Part shown: positions 1 through 23,045 of the stretch, piece after piece
Layout: each line of letters opens with the position of its first letter
Position numbering within the stretch: position 1 is the stretch's first letter
From: Macrostomum lignano
Lineage: Eukaryota
Direction of reading: 5' to 3'
Length of the DNA stretch: 64,000 nucleotides
NCBI GenBank assembly: GCA_002269645.1
Contig: NIVC01002001.1
Coordinates: 1-64,000, forward strand
Notes under the pieces: generated by a model
The model's input: only the letters and a program-made list of their open reading frames with translations
Told to the model about the DNA's origin: nothing
Database searches by the model: none
Program-made: the position numbers and the translations under genes

Positions 1-571
1 CTTTAGACAGGGTAGTGTTAGACACCTGTTAGACAGGGTAGTGTTAGACACCTGTTGCTGTTAGACAGTGTCACACACCTGTTAGACAGGACAGTGTCAC
101 ACACCTGTTAGACAGGACAGTTCACACACCTGTTAGACAGGACAGTGTCACACACCTGTAGACAGGACAGTGTCACACACCTGTTAGACAGGACAGTGTC
201 ACACACCTGTAGACAGGACAGTGTCTCACACCTGTTAGACAGGACAGTGTCACACACCTGTTAGACAGACAGTGTCACACACCTGTTAGACAGGACAGTG
301 TCTCACACCTGTTAGACAGGACAGTGTCACACACCTGTTAGACAGGACAGTGTCTCACACCTGTTAGACAGGACAGTGTCACCACCTGTTAGACAGGACA
401 GTGTCACACACCTGTTAGACAGACAGTGTCACACACCTGTTAGACAGGACAGTGTCACACACCTGTTAGACAGGACAGTGTCACACACCTGTTAGACAGG
501 ACAGTGTCACACACCTGTTAGACAGGACAGTGTCACACACCTGTTAGACAGGACAGTGTCACACACCTGTT
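1..571. repeat. 26-bp minisatellite (GTTAGACAGGACAGTGTCACACACCT)n, about 21 copies, truncated by the window start
   Basis: Directly visible period-26 array; each unit contains a CCTGT-TAG-ACAGG inverted repeat. Confidence 0.95.
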
Positions 572-984
572 AGGTACGAGTACATAACACAACTCCATGT
601 CGCCACTCAGACCCAATACTGTTGCAACCCAGTCAAGAAATCTTCCTTGTGACATTGCGGCAATCGGCAATAAAAATGGCAGTAGTGAAAAATCTTTATT
701 TTACCTGGCAACCTGCAGAGCTCAGTGGCCCCGCCCCCAGTCGCCAGCCAACTCAAATACGACGGCGAATATCTGCCGAAATGAAAAGCAAATTCTGCCA
801 GCATAAAAAAGCCCCGAGAGAAAAGTCAAGAAAGCAAACCGCTCTAAAAAAGAAAATGACTGTGTTTGTCCCATGGAGGGGGGAGGAGCTGGTTGAGTCA
901 AGGAGGCCTCAGAAAATATTTTGGATTGACAACTCTTTCCCACAGTCTCGTCAGACTGTTGTGAGGCACATGTGGCATGCGCAC

Positions 985-1850
<866 letters not shown>

Positions 1851-2072
1851 AAGGGTTCGTAAATGAAAGTTGGCAATCCAGATAATAAACGGAGGGCTCC
1901 TTGGCCTTGCCTTACGTTCCAGTGACCCCATGCTGTGACTCCCTCAGCCTAGAGATAAAATTTCTTCACCTCCAGTCAGAATCGACCCGCATTCGATAGC
2001 AAATGGAAAACTTCTGACTTGTGTAGACAGAGAGGTCAGGGACACCTTAAGATAGACATCTGGGCTTGAACA

Positions 2073-2778
2073 ACGCCCTACTCAAAACCAAACAGAACCC
2101 TAGTCAAAACCAAACAGAACCCTAGTCAAAACCAAACAGAACCCTACTCAAAACAAACGGCTCCCTACTCAAACCAAACGCACCCTACTCAAAATCAAAC
2201 AACCCTACTCAAAACCAAACGGCACTCTACTCAAAATCAAAGAACGCCCTACTCATAACCAAACGGCACCCTACTCAAAATCAAACAACGCCCTACTCAA
2301 AACCAAACGGCACCCTACTCAAAATCAAACAACGCCCTACTCAAAATCAAACGGCGCCCTACTCAAAACCAAACGGCACCCTACTCAAAATCAAACCGCA
2401 CCCTACTCAAAATCAAACCGCACCCTACTCAAAACCAAACGGCACCCTACTCAAAATCAAACGGCACCCTACTCAAAATCAAACGGCACCCTACTCAAAA
2501 CAAACGGCACCCTACTCAAAATCAAACGGCACCCTACTCAAAATCAAACGCACCCTACTCAAAACCAAACGGCATTCTACTCAAAACCAAACGGCACCCT
2601 ACTCAAAATCAAACCGCCACCCTACTCAAAATCAAACCGCACCCTACTCAAAACCAAACGGCACCCTACTCACAACCAAACGGCTCCCTACTCAAAACCA
2701 AACGCACCCTACTCACAACCAAACGGCTCCCTACTCAAAATCAACCGCACCCTACTAAAACCCAAACGGTACCCTACT
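2073..2778. repeat. 22-bp minisatellite (CCCTACTCAAAACCAAACGGCA)n
   Basis: Direct, about 32 degenerate copies. Confidence 0.95.
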
Positions 2779-3085
2779 TAAACGAGCTGTATTGCTCCAA
2801 TCAGCAGAGCTTAGTTGTCATTCCGAGTCCTCTGTCTGCAGCACTCCCCGGTCTGAAAGACGGACAGGCAGACATTATATCTGTGCTCATTGGCGCGCTC
2901 CCCACAAGATTTCAGGTTTGTTGCCCAATGAACAGATGCATCGGCTGGTGTCGCAGTTAGTCAGAAGTCTTTTTAGGGCATGCAGTAAGAAGGTTCAGTG
3001 CCGGAACGGAAACTCGCAGGATTTTAAACGCCTAGAATTATATACCAGACTGCTTGTATTGCGCTCCTAGGAGTTTTTACCCAGC

Positions 3086-11954
<8,869 letters not shown>

Positions 11955-12001
11955 GCTCTGGCTCGCGTGCTACATTTGACTTTTCTGTGAACTTAGTACT
12001 C

Positions 12002-12011
12002 AGACAAACAA

Positions 12012-12062
<51 letters not shown>

Positions 12063-12070
12063 GGCAAACT

Positions 12071-12116
<46 letters not shown>

Positions 12117-12117
12117 T

Positions 12118-12148
<31 letters not shown>

Positions 12149-12163
12149 TAGACAGACAGACAG

Positions 12164-12198
<35 letters not shown>

Positions 12199-12235
12199 GA
12201 CAGACAGACACACACACACAGACGGACAGACAGAT

Positions 12236-12266
<31 letters not shown>

Positions 12267-12281
12267 TAGACAGACAGACAG

Positions 12282-12316
<35 letters not shown>

Positions 12317-12391
12317 GACAGACAGACACACACACACAGACGGACAGACACACAGACAGACAGACACACAGACAGACAGACACACAGACAC

Positions 12392-12438
<47 letters not shown>

Positions 12439-12505
12439 CACAGACAGACAGACGGACAGACAGACAGACAGACACACAGACAGACACACAGACATGCAGA
12501 CAGAC
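12002..12505. repeat. (GACA)n microsatellite just 3' of the channel stop codon
   Basis: Direct. Confidence 0.97.
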
Positions 12506-13175
12506 ACGTATAGGTAGAAAATGGTTCTTACACTTATATCAGTACCGAGAAACATACTTCATGTACATGTATATATATCCGCATGCATCATGCTACTAAC
12601 AGTAGACAATGCATATTATCAGTAGACAGTAGCCACTTTCGTCTAAGTAGACTTTAACCGAATTTTTTTTTCGAAAATATAAATTGAAACTGATAAATAG
12701 CACTACTTATTGTCAGTAGCACTAGCGCACATATTCCGTCAATTTAAAATCGTGCCTGTCAAGTTGCTGTGTGCAATTATTAACGCACTTCCCGCAGGAA
12801 ATTCCAGTTCCAAACCGGATCAGCTCTGCCTTGGAATCCGGGTGGAACGGGTCAGGGAATAATGTAAAGGACTTAGAGAAAGAGAGGAAAGACTGTTTGA
12901 GAATAGAATTGAGTACGCTTTGCTTCCTGACTATACATTTTCGCTTGCACATATACGAGCACAAGTCTATGTTGTACGAGCACAAGCTATACTCAAGTCA
13001 AGTATGTGTCAGTTCCAACTGCAGTGCAGAGTGCAGATTTGCTAGCTTACATTGAAAGGTCAAATTTCTGTTATACTAAATCAAACAGCTTAATTCGGAA
13101 ACAACTTTACAAGTCTCGTGTAACTTTAAATAATCTCATGATTTGACTGCACAGATTCGTTCAGAACCTACCCCT

Positions 13176-14578
13176 AGAATCGGCCCTAGACTACACTAAT
13201 AGAATCAGCACTAGGCAACACTAAGAGAATCGGCCCTAGACGACAAACACTAATAGAATCGGCCCTAGACTACACTAAGAGAATTGGCCCTAGACTTCAC
13301 TGATAGAATCGGCCCTAGACTACACTAAGAGAATCGACCCTAGACTACACTAATAGAATCGGCACTAGACTACACTAAGAGAATCGGCCCTAGACTACAC
13401 TAAGAGAATCGGCCCTAGACTACACTAAGAGAATCGGCCCTAGACTACACTGATAGAATCGGCCCTAGACTACACAAAAGAATCGGCCCTAGACTACACT
13501 AATAGAATCGGCCCTAGACTACACTAATAGAATCGGCCCTAGACTACACTGATAGAATCGGCCCTAGGCTACACTAATAGAATCGGCACTAGACTACACT
13601 AAGAGAATCGGCCCTAGACTACACTAAGAGAATCGGCCCTAGACTACACTAAGAGAATCGGCCCTAGACTACACTGATAGAATCGGCCCTAGACTACACA
13701 AAAGAATCGGCCCTAGACTACACTAATAGAATCGGCCCTAGACTACACTAAGAGAATCGGCACTAGACTACACTAAGAGAATCGGCCCTAGACTACACTA
13801 TAACACTAATAGAATCGGCCCTAGACTACACTAATAGAATCGGCCTTAGACTACACTAATGGAATCGGCCCTAGACTACACTAAGAGGATCGGCCCTAGA
13901 CTACACAAGACAATCGGCCCTAGACTACACTAAGAGAATCGGCCCTAGACTAAAATAATAGAATCTTCCCTAGACTAAAATAATAGAATCTTCCCTAGAC
14001 TAAAATAATAGAATCTTCCCTAGACTAAAATAATAGAATCTTCCCTAGACTACACTAAGAGGATCGGCACTAGACTACACTAAGAGAATCGGCCCTAGAC
14101 TAAACTAAGAGAATCGGCCCTAGACTACACTAATAGAATCGGCCCTAGACTACACTAATAGAATCGGCCCTAGACTACACTAAGAGAATCGGCCCTAGAC
14201 TACACTAATAGAATCGGCACTAGACTACACTAATAGAATCGGCACTAGACTACACTAATAGAATCGGCCTTAGACTACACTAATGGAATCGGCCCTAGAC
14301 TACACTAAGAGGATCGGCCCTAGACTACACAAGACAATCGGCCCTAGACTACACTAAGAGAATCGGCCCTAGACTAAAATAATAGAATCTTCCCTAGACT
14401 AAAATAATAGAATCTTCCCTAGACTACACTAATGGAATCGGCCCTAGACTACACTAATAGAATCGGCACTAGACTACACTAATGGAATCGGCCCTAGACT
14501 ACACTAATAGAATCGGCCTTAGACTACACTAATGGAATCGGCCCTAGACTACACTAATGGAATCGGTCCTAGACTACC
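13176..14578. repeat. 25-bp minisatellite (GAATCGGCCCTAGACTACACTAA(T/G)A)n
   Basis: Direct, more than 50 copies. Confidence 0.97.
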
Positions 14579-15329
14579 TAATGAAAACCACGCCTAAACC
14601 ACAAAACCGGGTCTAAAGTCACGCCTTAGAAAGTTTAAACAGGAAAGAAGCAAAAAGTTTCAAACTAGCATGGACTTGAACTTCTGAACTGAAAGGATAC
14701 TTTTGCATAACAGCCACTAAAATATAGTTACTTAAAATCGTATATTTTGCCATAAATTTTGTCAAAGACGCAAAAGCAAAAGTCAGTTGGGACTTTCGCT
14801 GAGTTTAGAACATTGGCATTTCAATGGTACACTCTTTTTCTGCATTAGTCACAAAGATTGCATTTTTATTGACAGAGATAAACAATTAATTAACCTCACT
14901 GAAAGAGCACCCGTTTCTAGTGAAACAAACAGTCACTTTATTAACCATTTATGCAATTCCATACATTCCTTAAATTCATACGCCAATTAGATAACGACGG
15001 TTTAGCAGCCAAAAGCAAAAACATAGTTACTCGCGCCGTTTACCCTGAATAAGAAATAAAATTGAAACATTTTTCATACGTTTAAGCAATTAAAGAAAAT
15101 GATACCATATTTACATACACAAAGAATATTAATAAAACACTTTAAAGGTAGCCGCCCTCTCGACTGACTGACGCAAAAGCGATGAGGGATTTAAATTAAC
15201 AAGTTATTAATAATTTACAAACTGAAATTACCATGAATATTTTTTCTAACTTAATCAATCACTCGTGTTACAGAAAGTAGATACCCACTGGTTCACTAGG
15301 CGCTTGTAAACAGAATTATTTAGTGACAA

Positions 15330-15715
15330 CTTTTAGGTATATTTAGAACAGATTTTAGGTAGTTTTTAGTGCCGATTTTATGTAGATTTGGGAGCGATGT
15401 TTAGGTATAGATAGGGTCAGTTTTTAGGTAAATTTATAGGCGGTTTTCAGGTTAGATCTAGGCGCGGTTGTTAGGTCTATTTAGGGGAGTTTTAGGTTAG
15501 ATTTAAAGATACTTTTTAGTTTAGATTTAGAAGCGATTTTTAGTTAGATTTAGGCGGGTGGTTTTTAGGTTACATCTATGGGCGGTTTTTAGGTAGATCT
15601 AGGGGCGGTTTTTAGGTAGATCTATGGGCGGTTTTTAGGTAGATCTAGGGGCGGTTTTTAGGTTAGATTCAGGGTCGGTTGTTAGGTATATCTAAAGGCG
15701 ATTTTGAGATTTTTT
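15330..15715. repeat. Degenerate ~24-bp repeat (TTTAGGTAGATCTAGGGGCGGTT)
   Basis: Direct, diverged copies. Confidence 0.75.
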
Positions 15716-15875
15716 AGGAGAGCTGGTTGAGTAAACAATCCAGATTTTGGTGGCTGCATATTAGACTTCTGAGAACTAAAGAACAATAAAAAATATACAA
15801 CACACCAGAGTCATCTCTCAGCTCTACAGTTCTCAGTTAAGTGGGCAAAAAAGAATTCCATAATTAATATCTCTC

Positions 15876-17716
15876 CTAGGAGGATTTCAAAGATGAAGAA
15901 GAACCCTGCTGCGGTTTAATCAGATTCAACAGCAGCGGATGATCGGGAGGCGCATCCGTGAACACCTGGCTACCTATTGAGGCCTGGTCTGATTGGTACA
16001 GCCGTATCTGTTGCGACTGACGATGGAGCACCAGCTTACAGAAGCCGAGATCGGTGATTTCAAAATCTATGCCAGAATTTGCTTGCTGCGCCTGATCGTT
16101 GCTGCTACTAGTAGAAGCAGCGTCGGCAGTTAGAAATGGCCGCCCATTGGCCGGGTCAATGAAGTCCGACCAGAAGCCCTCCTGCCGGAGAGCCTGACAG
16201 ATCTCGCTGGCAGTCATGACTAGGGAGTCGAGCAGGCTCTGATGCAGCTGGCTGGGAGGCTGGGCGGCGTCTCGACCTCGATGAGCAACGGTGATGACTG
16301 TGAGGCTGTCCAGGCTTCGCCTAGGGAACAGTGCGGTCAGGTGTTTCTTCAGTACCTGGGGACAGGCGGCCAGGGAGAACTCGACACCTGCGGCGGCTCG
16401 GGGATAGGAGCCGACTGGGAAGGTCTCCTCCACCTGGGGGTATGGTCACGTGATAAAAGAAGGATGCCACTGTAATAATAATGCTTATAAAGATGTTACG
16501 GCCAGTTGGTGAAAAATCACAGATATTTCAAATGCTCAAACAGATAATACCAGCATTTTGCGGATCTGGAAGGCTGGCCCAGCAATGAGGATCTAGGAAA
16601 CTGGCCCAGCAACTGACACTCTGGGAGGCTGGCCCAGCAACTGACACTGTGGGAGGCTGGCCCAGCAACTGAGGATCTGGGAAACTGGCCCAGCAACTGA
16701 CACTGTGGGAGGCTGGCCCAGCAACTGAGGATCTGGGAAACTGGCCCAGCAACTGACACTGTGGGAGGCTGGCCCAGCAACTGAGGATCTGGGAAACTGG
16801 CCCAGCAACTGAGGATCTAGAAGGCTGGTCCAGCAACTGAGGATCTAGAAGGCTGGTCCAGCAACTGAGGATCTAGAAGGCTGGTCCAGCAACTGAGGAT
16901 CTAGAAGGCTGGTCTAGCAACTGAGGATCTAGAAGGCTGGTCCAGCAACTGAGGATATGGGAGGCTGATGGCCCAGCAACGCAGCAACTGAGGATTTGGG
17001 AGGCTGGTGGCCAGCAACTGAGGATCTGGGAGGCTGGTGGCCAGCAACTGAGGATCTGGGAGGCTGATGGCCCAGCAACGCAGCAACTGAAGATCTGGGA
17101 GGCTGGTGGCCAGCAACTGAGGATCTGGGAGGCTGATGGCCCAGCAACTGAGGATCTGGGAGGCTGGTGGCCCAGCAACGCAGCAACTGAGGATCTGGGA
17201 GGCTGGTGGCCAGCAACTGAGAATCTAGAAGGCTGGCCCAGCAAGTGAGGATCTGCTGCAGCAAGGTTTACCCACCAGATTGAAGGCCTCCTGCACAGTC
17301 TTGGACCGCTCGCTATCCAGACAGGGCGGCAGCACAGACACGGCAGGCAGGGCGGAGGGCGGCAGAACAAACGGTGGGGGAGCAGTGGCGGCGGCAGCGG
17401 CCCGCTTTCGCTCAGCCAGCAGCTGGTGATCGAAGTCCTCGTGGCCGATGCCAACACCGCCCGGCAGAGGGCACCGGGTGTGCGGTTCCAGCACGGCCAT
17501 CCGCCAGGAGAAGCTGGCGCCGCTGGTCCCAACTGGCACTCCGGCAGTGGAATGCACCGTGGCGGTGGTTGCCGTGGTTGCTAGGCAACGCCGCCAGACG
17601 CTGACTCTGGCGGCGCTGGTGGCAGTGAAACAAAGTGTAGAATTGATACCGCGCCACATGCTGCTAACACTGTGACAGCAGCTAGTTGGCATGGCAACTG
17701 TGAATAATCTGAGCAT
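15876..17716 (-). CDS. MMADHC: Cobalamin trafficking protein CblD (MMADHC) homolog
   Basis: Exon 17716 (or ATG 17692) to 17276 contains PLPGGVG (compare human FQLPGNIG). Phase-0 intron 17275-16434 (GT...CAG). Exon 16433-15876 contains [38 protein letters not shown] and VFTDAP, all matching human MMADHC motifs. The true start is uncertain. Confidence 0.9.
16556..17255. repeat. 28-bp minisatellite family (GGCTGGCCCAGCAACTGAGGATCTGGGA)n in the MMADHC intron
   Basis: Direct; same family as 28765-29475. Confidence 0.95.
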
Positions 17717-20700
17717 GCAATATTTGTTCAAATAAAATAAGTAAAACTAAAAATTGAAAATGCAAAACTAAGCAAATTTTAAATAATGACAGAGCATGAC
17801 CCATAGTCTTAAAGAGGTCAGGTATTAATGCCCAAATAAAGTGGCTATATGCTACAGAATTACAATACAGTGACATTTTACAATGTTGCAAAAAAGGTCA
17901 AGGTAAATTAAAACTGAAAATTGAAATTGCTTCCTTTTTTTATTTATTAAGCATTTATACCATCAATAGCAACTTTTTACAAAAAGAAAGCAAATTGTTC
18001 ATATTAAATACATGTATGCTACTCAATTTAGTAGTATACCCAATTCAACTGAAATAAATCATAATAGACTAATGGAAATCTTGTTTTTGGATAAGTCATA
18101 ATACTAAGTTGCATTTTAGTCAATACTTAATAAGCTTTGTAACATAGATGTCCAACACCTAGCCAACTTGGCTAATTTGGCTAGATGGTAAGAGGTCTAG
18201 CCAAGGTAAGTTGCAAAAATGCCAACCCAAAAATATAAACACAGACATAGAAGGCCTACTATGACTAATTAGATAATAAGGCATTTAGCCTAAAAAATAT
18301 AGTCATAGTTACTTCTGCCATTTAACCAAAATTATGTGCCTTTGATTTCTTTCATAGGTAAATCATGTTTTGGTCAAAAAGAAAGTCACATGAGTAGATA
18401 AATTTTCAAAGTTAAGCATGTATGCTTTGTAATATGACAAATAAAGACAAATAAACAAAAATTGAATACATTTATAACTAGGCCTAAAACAACTAACAAT
18501 TAACAAATAATGAAGTATAAACAAATAGTTTATATTTTAAAATATTGCAACCAAAAATTATCCAGACAAATAGTGCAGATAGAAAAATGGTCCAAATTAA
18601 TTTTTTTTCAAGGTGTTGTGCTAATAAGCAAGACAATTCTAAAATGTTTTTCATTTATGTTTTTCTAATTATATTCCCATTATTTCTAAATTATATTTAC
18701 AAATAGTCCAAAAACAAATAAAAACTTAGCTTTGTTAAAAGCCCAATACTTTCTTAGAATTTTTGAATGAAGCTTTATACTATTATGCATTTTTGCCCTT
18801 TGTGATGCATTTGAAAGCATTTTTAGCATATTCAGAATATTTGGAAATTCTGAGTTTAGCGCTGCTAGTGCATAGGCATTTTTGAGTGATACATTAAACA
18901 ATTATAACAAAATTAGGAACTCTAATATGCTATAAGTTACTGCAATGTCTGTTCCAATATGACTTGTTGCCGAAGCGATAAACATCTGTCGCAGAAGCGT
19001 CTTGTCACCAAAGTGTCCAGAAACCTATGTCAGTTACCATATTGGTATAGGACCAAGACTGCCACACACCAAGACTGCCACGCTAGGGGGAGCTAAAGGA
19101 TAAATTTGGCTTAATGTGTTATTAGATAGTGGTAAAAGGACAAGGCTGCAAGAAAGAAACCTATGGGGCTATGAGAGGAATAGCAATGCTAGAAGATTGG
19201 TAGCCCCCCCCCTTAATACTAGTAGCCAGTAATAACTGTAGTGGTCTTAGTATATGGTGGTCTTAATCATACATCATCACATCTATTATTTAGCACTAGC
19301 AAACAAATAGTCCACTGGCCATTTGCCTAAGACAGACAAATAGTCCTGGATCCATTTTATTAGGCTATCAAAAAATTAAATAATTTTAGTAGGCCTATAA
19401 TTGTATAGGCCTATATCTAAACATTCAAAAGGAATCCTTCAAAGGTAGAGGCCTATCATTAAAAATCATAAAAAATCTTAATTTAGGTCATTAAACTTTT
19501 AAATAGGCCTAAAAATATTCATAGGCCTAGTTAGGCCTAGTCATTTCATATTTTATCTTTTGCAAAAAATAGTTGGAATGCCATATGCTTATATAAGTAA
19601 AATAAGGATGGTCTGTCAGTTTATAGGCTAGGCTAGGCCTATTATTTCAGATTCTGAGATTCTGATTAAGGCTAGGGCCTATATGATTTTGTAGCTAAAT
19701 TAGGTTTCTAAATCTTATCCCTTAGCCTTGACCCATAAAATGATAAAGTAAAAGTTGCAAGTTACTCACAAAGATTGCAAAACTGCTATAATATAAAGTT
19801 TTTTTATAAAATAATTTACATTGTTATTACTAATTTTATGTCCATAGAGCCTCAGCCTAATCCATATAGGGCTTATTGGTTTATTCTTATGACTCTTAAT
19901 ATTATCTTGGTTTCTTGGCTTGGGCCTATTAACTAATTTAATTTGCTTTTAACAAGATTTTATTCTTATGACTTAATTGTTGAAATAGAGAATTAATTAG
20001 CCTGAAATTAAAAAGAAGAAAATTTGATTATGTATAGTTACCAGCCCAGAAAGACCAACAGAGAGAAACATCCGTGGTCTCATTCAGGGCAAAGCAATGC
20101 ATAAATTAAAATAGGCCTACGTCTATTTAGTATTCGCCAACTTACGCCAAGCCCCACTCGAATTATATAGGCTACTGTTCTCCGAAAGCAGAAACCGGAT
20201 TTCTATTTACAAAAGTTTTACGAACCAGAAATCGCCTATCAGAAAACAAGAACAATACCCGTATAAACGCGTCTCATTCAAATGCTACGAGTATTTTGGG
20301 CCAACGCCAATTCGTCACATCGAGCATTAGCGTTGAATGAATAAGCAGCGTTTTTGTACAGGTTTGTTTTTGTTTCTTAGAGCTTGTAATAAAATCTTAA
20401 GCTCTAGCTTGCAGCGCTTTTATAGAGCCCTTTAATCGATTGGCCTTGCCCTTTTAAGACCCAATAAAAGTGCTGCAGAAGCTAGAGCTTCGGACAAGCT
20501 CTACTCGTAAAAAGCCATGAATTTTCGATAAAAGTGCAATTTCACAAAAAGGTGCATATGTACACAATACACATGCAGCATCCCAATTGTCAGTATATCA
20601 GAGTAAGAAGGCTCTTTCTTCAATCAAACTTTCCGGCGTTTAATAGAAAGCTTAAAATAAAAAGTGCTAAATATAACATGAGACTCCTACATCTCCTAAG

Positions 20701-21164
20701 ACGGTCCGAGAGTCGAAGATCTCATGGTACGAGGTTGGCCCAGCAACTGCATAACGGTTTGACCAGGTGTATGTTTACCCTAAGTCCCTAACAAAAAGTA
20801 TATACAGTATATGCGAGGGTAAGCAACTGTAGATACACATGTACATGTATTCAGGCGAACAAATAACATCATCAATAACAATTAATACACATTTTTTAAA
20901 ATTCTCATTGAAAACGTCGTGGAGCAAAGCAATAGACCAGCACTCGGCTGCTATAGAGATCGTCTCATAATATATTTTGAAGTTCAGATTTTCAAATGGC
21001 AAAATAATTTGAGTCCCCACATGTGGTGGACAAAACTAAAACTCCGCATTTTAAGAGTCAGAAAGTTTTCTCAGTTCAGCTCAACAAAGCAAGTTCGATG
21101 CGCTAATGCGAAAATGCAAACAGCTAAGCTGTCCATAAGCTTTGCAAGAAGATTGGCATGCCAC

Positions 21165-21388
21165 TTAAGCCAGATTTTCGTTGCTGAAAAAATAGTGATA
21201 GGACGTCGGTCCGACCACAAACGGCTCGGCTGCATTTAAAGGTAGTCGTCCGCGTGGCGAGTCGCTTTTAGCAGCGGCAGCGGCGGTGGCAGCGGACACG
21301 GCGGCGCCGGCTGCGGCGGCTGACGAAGCCGATGGCCAAGCTTCGGCGCAGTTCTTGCCTTCGCAGGGTTTTTGCTGCTGCTGCTGTT

Positions 21389-21419
<31 letters not shown>

Positions 21420-22374
21420 TTGCTGGTTCTCCTGCTCCTGCTGCTTGCTAGCTTTACGCTGTTCCAGCTTCTGTTGCAGAGTAACAGGAGTCTCTGACTC
21501 TGCCTGAGTCTTGCTTGTGCAGCTGGTGCACGGGCCGCACGGTCCGCCGCCTGCAAGATGCATGTAGTTTAGTTTAGAGTAGTTTAGAGGTAAAAATCTA
21601 TACAAATACCTACTAATTAGAGGCAAAAGAGTCAGTAACGATTCTCACCTCGATATCCGTCGACACTATTTGGATAGCAGAAAGTTGGTTTACTCTTCTC
21701 GACATCTGCTGGCGAAGGATTAATCCGACCGTCCGGACGGTACACGTTCGGTGCTGCTGGAGGCAGCTGTTGCTGCTGCTGTGGCTGCGGCGGTGGCATT
21801 TCCTGCATCGGCTCTTCCGGGCAATCTCGATACCGGTTGTAGTAGTAGTACCGGCTGTAATCATCAGGTTGATGATACTGCGACGATGGCGGCGGTGGCG
21901 GTGGCGGCTGGCGCCTTGGCCACGAACGATTCATCAGTGAAGGACGACCGCCGCGGCCGTAGTAACCGTAGTCGGGCTGAAGTGGTGCGCAAGTGGCGTT
22001 GATCAATGTACATGTAATCAAATATTTACCTGCCAGTACACAGCATGTTTACTAACCTCTGAATCGTAATCGTCGTAACGCTGCGGCGGCGGCGGTGGCG
22101 GACGGTACCTGCTGCCGTACATGTCAACTTCTGGTTGGTGAGTCGTCGGCGGCATTTGCATTCGATGAATGCCTACGGGCGGTTGTGGGAGTTGCTGCTG
22201 CTGGTACTGCTGCTGTGGCTGCTGCGGCTGTGGTTGAGGTATCTGCGGAGGCACCCATGAAGTTGGTTGAGTTTGAGTATTATGTTGATTCTCTAATTTG
22301 CAAGCTTCCTTGTGGCGCGTGATTAACGAGTCGAAGTACTTCTGGTACTGCTCGAACACGTTGCTATTAGACAT
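21165..22374 (-). CDS. Uncharacterised Pro/Gln/Tyr-rich protein, about 343 aa
   Basis: Exons 22374-22057 (alternative donor 22030), 21976-21649 and 21550-21165 are phase-consistent with canonical GT-AG sites; no recognisable domain; CGPCTSC motif. Confidence 0.7.
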
Positions 22375-22739
22375 GATGATGGATCTTGGCTGCTCGCTTG
22401 CGCTATCGAATATTGAGCCGATTAACTTTCCGACTGCCCGAGCTAAAAAGCTATAATGCAACGCAACGCCTAACTGTATGAAATGGTTTCCTCGGGCCAG
22501 CTCCAACAGTCTATGGTCTGAACAAACAAACTCCTAAGACACAGTATCGAATGTAAGACTAGACTTGAGATTTAGTCAATAAAATCTGTCTGTGGGCTGA
22601 GTAGGATTGACTTTTGAATCAATACAAATGTTATTGTTGTACTTTTAGCTAAAAGACGAACAAGTTCAATAAGTCTAAAAAATGGATCGTTCACACAGCC
22701 ATGCATGTACATGTACTCCCAATGCTGACTCAGTCTTTT

Positions 22740-23045
22740 CCAAACCTGGAAGTCGCATCAAGGCTGACTCTACCAAACCGGAAGTCACACCAAGTTGATT
22801 TGCTCCCAGACTGGAAGTCACCAAGTTAATTTGTTCCCAAACCAAAATTCACACCAAGTTGACTTGTTCCCACACCGGAAGTCACACCAAGTTGACTTGT
22901 ACCCACACCGGAAGTCACATCAAGTTGACTTGTTCCCACACCGGAAGTCACACCAAGTTGACTTGTACCCACACCGGAAGTCACATCAAGTTGACTTGTT
23001 CCCAAACCGGAAATCACACCAGGCTGACTTGTTCCTAAAACGGAA
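22740..23045. repeat. 33-bp minisatellite (CACCAAGTTGACTTGTTCCCACACCGGAAGTCA)n containing the CCGGAAGT ETS-type core
   Basis: Direct, about 9 copies upstream of the orphan gene ATG. Confidence 0.9.

Noticed and set aside
12771-13055. 94-aa ORF with an acceptor-like site near 12798
   Set aside because: No recognisable homology and no linked exons.
13176-14578. CRISPR-like appearance of 25-42-bp repeat arrays (also 29845-30540, 52138-53335)
   Set aside because: Head-to-tail units with no unique spacers, no cas genes, eukaryotic context.
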